NCBI GenBank assembly: GCA_950072105.1
Contig: CATMOE010000060.1
Location: forward strand, 1 to 20,468
Length of the DNA: 20,468 bases
Source of the DNA: an uncultured Dehalococcoidia bacterium
Lineage (GTDB): Bacteria; Chloroflexota; Dehalococcoidia; Lucifugimonadales; UBA3495
Reading direction: 5' to 3'
Of the stretch, positions 8,017 through 16,696 are shown piece by piece (positions within the stretch are counted from its first letter, which is position 1; the number at the start of each line of letters is the position of its first letter). The translations under genes and the position numbers were made by a program. The notes beneath the pieces were generated by a model. The model did no database searches. It was not told the DNA's origin and was given only the letters and a program-made list of their open reading frames with translations.

Positions 8017-9141
8017 TCACAGAGAGTGTGTTGGGAACACCCGCTCTTTTATGCGTTCCACGCTATCTTCGGCGTACTTTTGCGCCTCTAGTCGCATGTC
8101 GTCCGGAACGTTGGGGGTTATCGTATCCCTCAAAGTCCCGCCCCCGACTTGCTCCACAAGAGATGCAGGCAGATCGTCGGGCCATTCCACCTCTAACATC
8201 ACCCCATAAGCCAACGCCCAAGACCGGGCCACGGCGCTAAGGTCGTAACCCCCGCCCCCCAAGGCCACCCAGGGAATTCCCCACCGGGATATTTCCTTGA
8301 CCGCCTCCACGTATCCTCTGGTAGTGATCTGCAGGTGCGTCAGCGGGTCGGAGTGGTAAGTGTCGATCCCGAGTTGAGTCACCAAGACATCGGGGGCAAA
8401 CGCCTTGACCAGGGGTGGAACGATTTCATGAAACGCCGACAGATAAATCTCATCGCCGGTGTAAGGGTATAAGGGTAAGTTCACCGAATATCCCTCGCCG
8501 CTCCCCACGCCCGACTCCGGAACAAATCCGGTGCCTGGAAAGAGGTACTGGCCCGACTCGTGGATTGAGATGGTCAACACCCGGCCGTCGTCGAAAAACG
8601 CCTCTTGCACCCCGTCACCGTGGTGGGCGTCTATGTCCAGGTACGCTACTCGTAACCCCTGCTCCAACAGGTACTTGATGGCCAAGGCCGGGTCGTTGAA
8701 CACACAGAATCCTGAGGCGTGTCCGGCGGATGCGTGATGGAGACCCCCGGAGATGTTGAAAGCCACGTCCACCTGTTTGCTGGCCACCATCTCGGCCGCC
8801 ACCAGTGATGCCCCGGAACTCAACGCGGCGGCATCGTACATCCCCCGGTACATGGGGTTGTCTCCTTGGGCGCTGAAGTTGAACCGGCCAGGTTCGTACC
8901 CGCTAAGGCCTTGGCTAAAGCTCCGCACCGCTGCAACGTATTCCGCGGTATGAAGCATCCCCAGTTCCTCCTCGGTGGCTGGCCGCGGCGGCACCAGCAG
9001 GGAATTGTTTTGGTCAAATGCCCCGTAACTTTGGAGAAGATCGAAGGTGTATTGCAGCCGCACCGGCCGCATGGGGTGATCCCCGCGCAATTGGTGGTGG
9101 GACAGAGCCTCGTCGTAGATAAATGCGGCTTTGCGGCTCAC
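8017..9141 (-). CDS. acuC: Zn-dependent deacetylase, AcuC/histone deacetylase family
   Basis: HPMRPVR, GGLHHA, SGFCVFND, DIDAHHGDG, FPGTG and GGGGY motifs. The likely GTG start at 9141 overlaps the upstream TGA (GTGA), with AGGAGG before it. Confidence 0.88.
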   Translation of the reverse strand: MSRKAAFIYDEALSHHQLRGDHPMRPVRLQYTFDLLQSYGAFDQNNSLLVPPRPATEEELGMLHTAEYVAAVRSFSQGLSGYEPGRFNFSAQGDNPMYRGMYDAAALSSGASLVAAEMVASKQVDVAFNISGGLHHASAGHASGFCVFNDPALAIKYLLEQGLRVAYLDIDAHHGDGVQEAFFDDGRVLTISIHESGQYLFPGTGFVPESGVGSGEGYSVNLPLYPYTGDEIYLSAFHEIVPPLVKAFAPDVLVTQLGIDTYHSDPLTHLQITTRGYVEAVKEISRWGIPWVALGGGGYDLSAVARSWALAYGVMLEVEWPDDLPASLVEQVGGGTLRDTITPNVPDDMRLEAQKYAEDSVERIKERVFPTHSL

Positions 9142-9620
9142 AACGCCTCCTGGTATACCTGGGATAATTCGGACATCATATTGGTCCAGTGGGTTCCCGG
9201 CCAATAAACCCGGCAGCACACCTGGCACTCTAGAAATTTGGTCTGGGTCAGCAACACGTAGGGCGGCAAGCGCTCCGCCACATCTCCCTTGGCGAGGGGG
9301 CGTAATGGCTCGTTGCAGAGCACACAGCGGGAAAAACCACCGAACAGGTTCAGACCCAAGTCCCGAACTAGCTGGCTGAGTTGACTCCGCAAGTCGTCCT
9401 TCTCTATGAGCGCCACCGTCATCTGGCCGATGCGGGCAGCCCGCCGTTGGGCGATCCCAGCATCTCTCGTCACCAGCACCCGGTCTTCACTTAGAGCGAT
9501 GCGCACCAACTGGTTGTCGCCGCTCTCTTTGGGGAAGAGGGTGTCATAGCCCATCACTCTGAGCCACTTGGCCAGACGTCCGACGTTCATATCGACCACG
9601 AACCGGAGTTCAGTATCCAT
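9138..9620 (-). CDS. Mut7-C RNase (PIN-like) domain protein with C-terminal Zn ribbon
   Basis: FVVDMNVGRLAKWLRVMGYDT, LVTRD and SRCVLCN...CQVCCRVYWPGTHW. ATG 9620 chosen (track start 9665). Confidence 0.88.
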   Translation of the reverse strand: MDTELRFVVDMNVGRLAKWLRVMGYDTLFPKESGDNQLVRIALSEDRVLVTRDAGIAQRRAARIGQMTVALIEKDDLRSQLSQLVRDLGLNLFGGFSRCVLCNEPLRPLAKGDVAERLPPYVLLTQTKFLECQVCCRVYWPGTHWTNMMSELSQVYQEAL

Positions 9621-10031
9621 TTCTCCGCCGGCGAACCCGTTTTGCCAATCTCTTTGCATCCCCATCGACTTCGTTATGAAAACCGAGTCTATTGGAAGAT
9701 GAATACATGGTCAAGGAAACGCCCGCTAGGGAATCCGGGCAACGGCTCGATGAGGGGCCACGCCACGTTTTTATTACAAATTCCTCAAAACTCGTTCAGG
9801 AGTCCGTAGGCACCTATAGGGCCAGCCACGGTATATTATCTCTGCAATATTCTTTCTAGTCTTGCCCGGCCGTAATTCCAGTATGTGGCTCACGGTGACC
9901 ACGCCCGCCCAACTTGCGCCATACCGGGCAGAATCCTAGTGCTAGACCGGCGGGTATCAGGTGTTTGATCGCAAGCCGAGCCGGGACATTATCACAAACT
10001 GGCAACCTGTACGAACTAAAGGAGATGGGTG

Positions 10032-10691
10032 ATGTTGAGTGGGTTTGACTCCTCCCTGGATTCAAGACTGAGAGAGGCTGAAGAGGCCGAAAAAGAGCTG
10101 GTGCGGCTCCAACCGGTGGCCGAAGAAGCGCCGAAGCTGCGCCTGGAAAAAGCCAAGGTGCAAAAAAGGCAGGAGCGGGAACATGCTAAAAACTCAGCCA
10201 TGAGAATTGTCGAGCGATCGATGCATGCCGCTACCGAAAAGCAGACCCGTGTGCCGGATCTCCTGGAATCCGCCGGCCGGGCGGTCCAGACTCTTTACAC
10301 GGTAATGAAAGAGTTGGACGGCTACCGTAGAGAAGCCTCCGAATCTATGGCTATTGTCGACCGGGTAGATTACGAGATTGAAGTAGAGGAAGGCGAAGAG
10401 CACGAGATCTCCCTGGATCGCGACCCCAGAGGCTTGGCTTATGCCTTGGCGGCGCGTCACGGCGACGTGCGGGTCAAGGAGCTTCTGGAAGAGATGGAGC
10501 CGGGCTTCACCTTCCTCAGAGGTTGCGACTTGTCCGAGCCCCTGTACCGTGACGTGGCTAAATTCGTGCTCCAACACGCCATCAACACCCCGGAAGGGGA
10601 AATCGCGGCGATGACTGAAAATCAGCCGGTAACAACCAATGGTCGAACGCAGAGCAGCTCTGGTCCAGCGGTACAGGAACTAGAAGAATAA
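10032..10691 (+). CDS. Hypothetical acidic protein with coiled-coil N-terminus
   Basis: Long ORF with SD AAGGAG at 10019-10024 and an E/K/R/A-rich heptad-like N-terminal half. Confidence 0.75.
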   Translation: MLSGFDSSLDSRLREAEEAEKELVRLQPVAEEAPKLRLEKAKVQKRQEREHAKNSAMRIVERSMHAATEKQTRVPDLLESAGRAVQTLYTVMKELDGYRREASESMAIVDRVDYEIEVEEGEEHEISLDRDPRGLAYALAARHGDVRVKELLEEMEPGFTFLRGCDLSEPLYRDVAKFVLQHAINTPEGEIAAMTENQPVTTNGRTQSSSGPAVQELEE

Positions 10692-10855
10692 GAAATCGTT
10701 CCCCTATATACCCAAGAGACGAATTTATACCGGTTTTAGTATGGATCGCCCTCTTTGAGCAAGCCGAGGCGGCTAAACGCTGCATCGGCGATATGCTCGA
10801 TCTGGGCAAGGTTCTTTTGACGCCTAACCTATCTGGTACGTTTCGTCAGTCCTCA

Positions 10856-12103
10856 TTACAGTCTCCGGATCCTGGGCATTACCACGCCAAGGACTACGGC
10901 CCCGATGGCCAGCACCAGACCGTTGGTGAGTAAAGCGATGCGGGAACTAGTCAGGCCTGCCAGGTAGCCTATCTCCAGTTGTCCCATGGGCGCCATGCCT
11001 ATCCCGACGATCCAGGCGCCCATGGCCCGTCCTCTTTGGTCGTTGGGCACGCTCAACTGCAGCAAAGTATGGTGCAGAATGTCGGTTCCAGTGGCCATTA
11101 TGTTAATCAGCGTGACGAATACCAAGGCCGACCAGTAGTTGGGCGATTGAGACAACAGTATCTCGCCAACTCCGAATAGAGCCATAAACGTCAACAACAA
11201 GACTCCCTGGCGCTTTACCAGCCCCATGGCGGCGCCGGCGAAGACCCCCAGCGCGCCGCCGAAGAACCGGAAAGCCGTTAGCAGTCCTAGTCCCGCCGGC
11301 CCGACGCCCAATACCTCTTTGGCCAGTATCGGCAACACCACCTGGTGGGAAAACCCGAATACCTCCGCCGCCGCCGTAGTGACCATCAAGACGGACAACG
11401 CCCGGTTGGACCGGAGGGCGTTGAAGTAGCTCACCAGGTTTTGCCACAGCGCCTCCCTGTCTCGCGGCACCGAAGCTCCTGCCTGGCGCAGCCAAAACAG
11501 CACCAGTAATCCGGCGATGTAGCCCGCCCCCATCACGAAGAATGCTTGGCCAGACCCCCAGCGGTGAATAACCGCTCCGGCAAGCAGAGCGCCGAATATT
11601 CCGCCTACCCTTTGGGCCATGGAGATCAACGCGATACCATTTAACGCCCCTTCGGAGCCCACGATGTCCAGGACATAGGCTTGCCGGGCAGTCATATAAA
11701 AGGCTTGGAAGGCGCCTAGAGCCACCGTGGCAAGCATCAGTCCCCAAACAGGCAGATTGCCGGTGACCGCCAGTATCCCCATGGACACCGAGACCAGTGT
11801 CATCCCCAATATAGACACCCGGATCAGCAACCGCCGGTCCAACCGGTCGGTCACCGATCCGGCCAGAAACCCCACCACCAGGTTGGGAGCGGACCGGGCA
11901 GCGAATACCGCGCCGACCATGGCTCCCGAGCCGGTGATCTCGAAAACCAGCCAACCCAACAGCACCTGCTGCATGCCCTGTCCCAGTTGGTTGGACACCG
12001 TGGAGATCCACAGCACACGAAAATCGGAGTATCTAAAGGCGGCCAATAACTGCCCGATGCGTGACCGGCTCACGTCTAGATGTTGTTCTCTGGGATTATC
12101 CAA
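10856..12103 (-). CDS. MFS transporter (DHA3/MFS_3-like)
   Basis: About 12 hydrophobic segments, motif A GSVTDRLDRR, and VPNDQRGRAMG. Exact start uncertain. Confidence 0.92.
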   Translation of the reverse strand: MDNPREQHLDVSRSRIGQLLAAFRYSDFRVLWISTVSNQLGQGMQQVLLGWLVFEITGSGAMVGAVFAARSAPNLVVGFLAGSVTDRLDRRLLIRVSILGMTLVSVSMGILAVTGNLPVWGLMLATVALGAFQAFYMTARQAYVLDIVGSEGALNGIALISMAQRVGGIFGALLAGAVIHRWGSGQAFFVMGAGYIAGLLVLFWLRQAGASVPRDREALWQNLVSYFNALRSNRALSVLMVTTAAAEVFGFSHQVVLPILAKEVLGVGPAGLGLLTAFRFFGGALGVFAGAAMGLVKRQGVLLLTFMALFGVGEILLSQSPNYWSALVFVTLINIMATGTDILHHTLLQLSVPNDQRGRAMGAWIVGIGMAPMGQLEIGYLAGLTSSRIALLTNGLVLAIGAVVLGVVMPRIRRL

Positions 12104-12312
12104 GCTCAGTCATATCCAATGAATCGGAATCATCCGTTGGGAATACACTCCAAAGAATGCCGAGTCTAACACAGTGGACAAGACATCCAACCGGCATTAG
12201 CCCAGCCAGATCGCCAAACCAGGCGTGTCCCGCGATATCGTCACGCCGTAAAAGGGGGAACCGCGCCTAAACGGTACTTGAAAATACGCCCATTTTCTGG
12301 CAATATGTACCG

Positions 12313-13224
12313 ATGCGTATCGGTGCTTTTGAGCTAAACGAGCCCGTCCCCGAGTTAAATGACCCCCACGTTTTCGCGATGATCCGCCCCTGGGTGGACG
12401 TTGGAAGCGTAGGCACGCTGACGCTGAACCGGTTAGAACGGTACCTTGGCTCCACAGAGTTGGGCAAATTGGCCCGGCCAGGCAATTTCTTTGACTTCAC
12501 CAGGTACCGGCCTACCATGAAAAACGTTGACGGCCGCCGCGAAGTAAAGATACCCAACAGCATCATTCGTTACGCCAAGACGGAAAATGGGCCGGACTAT
12601 CTGTTCTTCCACCTGCTGGAGCCCCACTCCAACGGAGAAGATTACACCGACTCCATCATGGAGTTGATCCACCATTTCAAAGTAAAAAGATACTGCCGGG
12701 TAGGGGCGATGTACGACGCCGTGCCCCACACCAGGCCATTGCTGGTTACGGGCACTCTGGGAGACGTGAAACAGATAAAGTCTGTGGCCAACTTCCGGGT
12801 CCGGCGCAGCAACTACCAAGGCCCTACCACCATAATGAACCTGTTGTCTGAGGGAGTGGACAGTTCGGAGATCGAGTCGATCAACTTCATGGTTCACTTG
12901 CCCCAATACGTTCAATTGGAAGAGGATTACGCTGGCGCCTCCCGCATGATTGAGGTGCTGTCCTCCGTCTACGAATCGATCCCATCCGATCTGGCCCCGG
13001 TGCGCCGTGGGCAACGCCAGTATCGTGAGCTAAGCGCCACCATCGAGCGAAATACTGAACTGAAAGACCTGATTCGGCAGATGGAAGCTCACTACGACGC
13101 TCAGTTGGACTCGGAAGATGGCAAGACCGAGGAAGCAACGGAGCCTACGGCGAGCTTATCCCCCGAGATTGAGGCGTTCCTTACCGAACTGGGAGGGACA
13201 CTGGATTCGGAGCCGGAACAGTAA
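12313..13224 (+). CDS. PAC2 (proteasome assembly chaperone) family protein
   Basis: WVDVGSVG, FFDFTRYRP, LEP, VPHTRP, YQGPT, VHLPQY and the LIRQMEAHYD tail. Confidence 0.85.
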   Translation: MRIGAFELNEPVPELNDPHVFAMIRPWVDVGSVGTLTLNRLERYLGSTELGKLARPGNFFDFTRYRPTMKNVDGRREVKIPNSIIRYAKTENGPDYLFFHLLEPHSNGEDYTDSIMELIHHFKVKRYCRVGAMYDAVPHTRPLLVTGTLGDVKQIKSVANFRVRRSNYQGPTTIMNLLSEGVDSSEIESINFMVHLPQYVQLEEDYAGASRMIEVLSSVYESIPSDLAPVRRGQRQYRELSATIERNTELKDLIRQMEAHYDAQLDSEDGKTEEATEPTASLSPEIEAFLTELGGTLDSEPEQ

Positions 13225-13326
13225 CCTCCTTACTCCCGGCCTCTCCGGTCTGTATATCCAGCCCGCCCCCACCCTCCGTAGTCTCGTCCTCCGTCATCTG
13301 GTAATGTTCTGGAAGATTTAGAAGCC

Positions 13327-13356
13327 TTGATGGTTCTGATACCCGTGTGCTAGACT
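13327..13356 (+). promoter_or_regulatory. Probable trpS promoter
   Basis: TTGATG(13327-13332)-N18-TAGACT(13351-13356) with an extended TG. Confidence 0.5.
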
Positions 13357-13424
13357 TCCCAGGCTCTAACCGCGACTCTTACGCACTCCAATCTTGATAT
13401 AAAGGAACATACAAGTCACGAGCT

Positions 13425-14450
13425 ATGGTTGTACGTCAGGAACCGGCCCAAGGTAAAAAGGGCGTCATTTTTTCGGGGATGCGGCCCACGGGGTTGCTCC
13501 ATCTTGGCAATTATATGGGGGCGTTAAAGAACTGGGTAGAGCTTCAAGAAGAATACGACTGCATCTACTGCGCCGTTGATATTCACGCCTTAACCACCAT
13601 CGAAACCGCCGAAGAAGCGGCCCAGATCCAGCCGAATATCGAGGACATGATCCTAGACTGGCTGGCCGCCGGCATCGATCCTGAGCGCAGCATCGTCTTC
13701 GTTCAGTCCCACGTCCCGGAAGTTATGACCCTGCACTCTTTACTGAGTATGGTTACCCCTTTAGGCTGGCTCATGCGGGTGCCCACATTTAAAGACAAAG
13801 TCCGCCAGATGAGCGAGACGGAAGAGAGCGTAAATTACGGGCTGGTAGGATATCCGATCCTTCAGACCGCCGACATCATCCTGTACAAGGCCGATACCGT
13901 CCCAGTGGGGCAAGACCAGGTCCCCCACTTGGAACTGGCCCGAGAGATCGTTCGCCGCTTCAACAACCGGTACGGTGAGATTTTTCCTGAACCCCAGGCC
14001 AACCTCACTGAAGACCCTCTGATTGTGGGGCTGGACGGCCAGCAAAAGATGAGCAAGACATTGGACAACCACCTGGAATTGGCCGCCACGCCCGAGGAGA
14101 CAACCCGCCGGGTGATGACCGCGTTTACCGACCCGCAGCGCACCCGCCGTGACATTCCAGGCCGCCCAAACCTGTGCAACGTGTACGCGCTGCACAAGAC
14201 TTTCAGCCCCGCCGCCGAGGTAACCGCGGTTTACGATGAATGTGTTACCGCCCAACGGGGATGCGTGGACTGCAAGCGCCACTTAGCCGCCAGCATCAAC
14301 GACTATCTGGCAGAGCTGCGCGAGCGGCGCAACGCCTTGAAGCAGCGGCCCGGGTATGTTCAAGAGGTCCTGGCCGACGGCGCGGCCAAAGCCAGGGTAA
14401 TAGCCCAGAAAACTATCGAAGAAGTTTATTCCAAGATGGGACTGGCGTAG
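13425..14450 (+). CDS. trpS: Tryptophanyl-tRNA synthetase
   Basis: SGMRPTG..HLGNY (HIGH), GYPILQTADI, VPVGQDQVPH and KMSKT. Confidence 0.97.
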   Translation: MVVRQEPAQGKKGVIFSGMRPTGLLHLGNYMGALKNWVELQEEYDCIYCAVDIHALTTIETAEEAAQIQPNIEDMILDWLAAGIDPERSIVFVQSHVPEVMTLHSLLSMVTPLGWLMRVPTFKDKVRQMSETEESVNYGLVGYPILQTADIILYKADTVPVGQDQVPHLELAREIVRRFNNRYGEIFPEPQANLTEDPLIVGLDGQQKMSKTLDNHLELAATPEETTRRVMTAFTDPQRTRRDIPGRPNLCNVYALHKTFSPAAEVTAVYDECVTAQRGCVDCKRHLAASINDYLAELRERRNALKQRPGYVQEVLADGAAKARVIAQKTIEEVYSKMGLA

Positions 14451-14452
14451 GT

Positions 14453-14508
14453 AGCTGTCAGCTATCAGCGGTCAGCCATCAGCTATTTCAGCGACGTTCG
14501 CTGACAGC
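14453..14508. repeat. Degenerate heptamer tandem repeat (AGCNRTC) with inverted arm
   Basis: AGCTGTC AGCTATC AGCGGTC AGCCATC AGCTATT (14453-14487), hairpin TCAGCGA/TCGCTGA (14488-14504), and GCTGACAGC (14500-14508) complementary to 14454-14462. Confidence 0.75.
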
Positions 14509-14525
14509 GTAAGGACTTTGGCGGT

Positions 14526-15353
14526 ATGACTCAGACCCCTCCTGAACAATTACCCTTGTCCACTTCCGGCAGGTCCGCCATGGACGTTGCTCTGGAAGCT
14601 GCCCGGTTGGCGGGAGGGATGATTCGCGACCGGTTCAATTCCACGTTCCAGGTCAGCTTAAAGGGAAGAAACGACATCGTTACCGACGTGGATGTCGCGG
14701 TGGAGAAAGCAGTCCTGGAACTGGTTAGCCGGGAATTCCCCGACTTCGGTATCCTTGCCGAAGAGTCCCAGCCGGTTACCACAGGCTCGCCGTACCGGTG
14801 GGTAGTTGATCCGATCGACGGCACTCGGAACTTCGCAATGGGTATCCCCCACTTCTGCACCATCGTCGCGTTATCCCATGGAGACGAGCCCGTCATAGGC
14901 GTGACCTACGACCCGATGCGGGATGAGCTATTCACGGCCGAAAAGGGCAAGGGAGCATTCCTAAACGGAGAACGCATCTCTGTTTCCGAAACCCCGGTTT
15001 TGAGCGAAGCGCTGTTGTGCTGCGACCTGGGTTATGTGGATGAAAAAGCGGGTCTGGCCATCGACATGATTCGGTCGATCTGGCCCGGCATGTTAAGCCT
15101 TCGCTTATTGGGATCGGCCGGCCTGGGTGTCGCCTACGCCGCGGCCGGCCGGGTGGATATGTACTTCCACCACTCCCTATCGCCCTGGGACATCGTCGCC
15201 GGTCTCGTCCAGGTGAGAGAAGCAGGCGGCCAAATAGTCGATAAACAAGGAAAACCGGCCAATCTCCAGACTTCCGGCGTCATCGCCGCCAATCCCACCC
15301 TCATCGCCGACTTCTTAAAGCAGACTGATGGGTTGCCGTGGCGGGATTCGTAG
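14526..15353 (+). CDS. Inositol monophosphatase family protein (SuhB-like)
   Basis: DIVTDVD, ILAEES, WVVDPIDGTRNF and PWDIVAG motifs. Confidence 0.92.
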   Translation: MTQTPPEQLPLSTSGRSAMDVALEAARLAGGMIRDRFNSTFQVSLKGRNDIVTDVDVAVEKAVLELVSREFPDFGILAEESQPVTTGSPYRWVVDPIDGTRNFAMGIPHFCTIVALSHGDEPVIGVTYDPMRDELFTAEKGKGAFLNGERISVSETPVLSEALLCCDLGYVDEKAGLAIDMIRSIWPGMLSLRLLGSAGLGVAYAAAGRVDMYFHHSLSPWDIVAGLVQVREAGGQIVDKQGKPANLQTSGVIAANPTLIADFLKQTDGLPWRDS

Positions 15354-15386
15354 GCCGATACTCACCAAGGCGCCGCGAAGAGCAGG

Positions 15387-16634
15387 TCACGGCAACCGCC
15401 TAAGCCTGGGAAGACCGATGGCAGCGCCCAAACTCACGATCGCCAAGACACCTCCGTTAACCAAAAGCGCCCCCGGAGCTCCCAGAACACCCGCCAGCCA
15501 GCCGACGCCCAGGTGACCCACCGGAGCGGTCCCTATGCTCAAGACCCACGATCCCATGGCGCGGCCCCGTTCTTCTTCAGCCACGTTTTCCTGCATCAAT
15601 GTCTTGTACAAAGTATCCACGGCCATGGCGCAAGCATTGACCAAGGCCAGGACCGCCAGGAAGAACAATAGATTGGACGACACCGAGAACGCCATCAGCG
15701 CCAACCCAAAGGCCCCGGCAATCACGAACATCAGCCTGCCTTTCCGCCGGTAATCACGCAGGCCGGCCAGCAGAGCCAGTCCTATCAAACCGCCACCCTG
15801 CCGCACGGCGGTCATGATTCCCAGACCCACCGGTCCCACAAACAATACCTCTTTGGCGAAGACCGGGAGCAGCGTCATGTGGGTAAATCCAAAGATTTCG
15901 GTGATTGAAGCTAGGCACATCAGCACCAGCAAGATACGGTTTTCCCGGATGATTCGAAAGTAGCCGGTCAGGTTTCTAAGGATGGACTCGCGATGCACGT
16001 TCATCGCCGTGATTATAGGACCGGTGGCAAGCAGCACGGCGGTGGCCGCGAGATAGCTGGCCCCCACGGCCAGGTACTGCCAGCCAGGACCTAAAGACCC
16101 TATCAACGCGCCTGACGCCAACGAACCAACGATCCCTCCCGCCTGCATGGCGATGGCAGCCAAGGACAGACCGTTCAGCGCACGTGAAGGGCCAACGATA
16201 TCGTAGGTATATGCTTGCCTAGTCGTGAGAGCGAACGCCAGAACGCATCCACCAGCCGCGACCAACCCGATGACCGGCCAAACCTGGGCTTCGCCGGTCA
16301 GGAGCATGATGGCGATGACCCCAGCCACGATCACGCCGGTCAGATTGATGCCGATCAGAAATTTCCGGCGATCTAACCGGTCGCTCATGGCCCCCGAAAG
16401 AAGCCCAAGGAAGAAGAAAGGCGCCATCCTTGCGGCAGCGGCCACGCCCACCATGAATGGCGAGCCGGTGATGTCGAATATCAGCCAACCCACCGCCACG
16501 TTTTCCATGCCGGTACCCAGGGAATACATCAGGGTAGAAGCCCATAAGAGCCTGAAGTCGCGGTAATGGAGAGAAGCGGCCCACGGAGCATTTCCAGCCA
16601 AACGGAATAGCGCGGCTGGCGATAATAACGTCAT
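15387..16634 (-). CDS. MFS transporter (DHA3/MFS_3-like), paralogue of 10856..12103
   Basis: YRDFRLLW, GAMSDRLDRR and ERGRAMG, with about 12 hydrophobic segments. Confidence 0.92.
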   Translation of the reverse strand: MTLLSPAALFRLAGNAPWAASLHYRDFRLLWASTLMYSLGTGMENVAVGWLIFDITGSPFMVGVAAAARMAPFFFLGLLSGAMSDRLDRRKFLIGINLTGVIVAGVIAIMLLTGEAQVWPVIGLVAAGGCVLAFALTTRQAYTYDIVGPSRALNGLSLAAIAMQAGGIVGSLASGALIGSLGPGWQYLAVGASYLAATAVLLATGPIITAMNVHRESILRNLTGYFRIIRENRILLVLMCLASITEIFGFTHMTLLPVFAKEVLFVGPVGLGIMTAVRQGGGLIGLALLAGLRDYRRKGRLMFVIAGAFGLALMAFSVSSNLLFFLAVLALVNACAMAVDTLYKTLMQENVAEEERGRAMGSWVLSIGTAPVGHLGVGWLAGVLGAPGALLVNGGVLAIVSLGAAIGLPRLRRLP

Positions 16635-16668
16635 GCACTCACGCTACATCGCGTGTGAACTCTAAGCG

Positions 16669-16696
16669 TCAACCGCGCCCATCAACCGCGCCCATC
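16669..16696. repeat. 13-bp tandem duplication spanning the CoA-transferase stop codon
   Basis: TCAACCGCGCCCA at 16669-16681 and again at 16682-16694, followed by TC. Confidence 0.8.

Noticed and set aside
9715..9750. AGGGAATCCGG resembling part of a cobalamin riboswitch
   Set aside because: The B12 box and the other conserved elements are absent, and no related gene lies downstream.
11103..12011. Long alternative-frame and antisense ORFs (e.g. 11103..12011, 12433..13014, 19503..20117, 7285..7836, 4383..4775)
   Set aside because: They overlap well-supported genes, have no recognisable motifs, and are typical shadow ORFs of GC-rich coding DNA.
13225..13424. T-box riboswitch upstream of trpS
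   Set aside because: No T-box consensus or terminator is visible, and the probable promoter leaves only about 60 nt of leader.
14453..14508. CRISPR array
   Set aside because: The units are contiguous 7-mers without spacers, and no cas genes are present.
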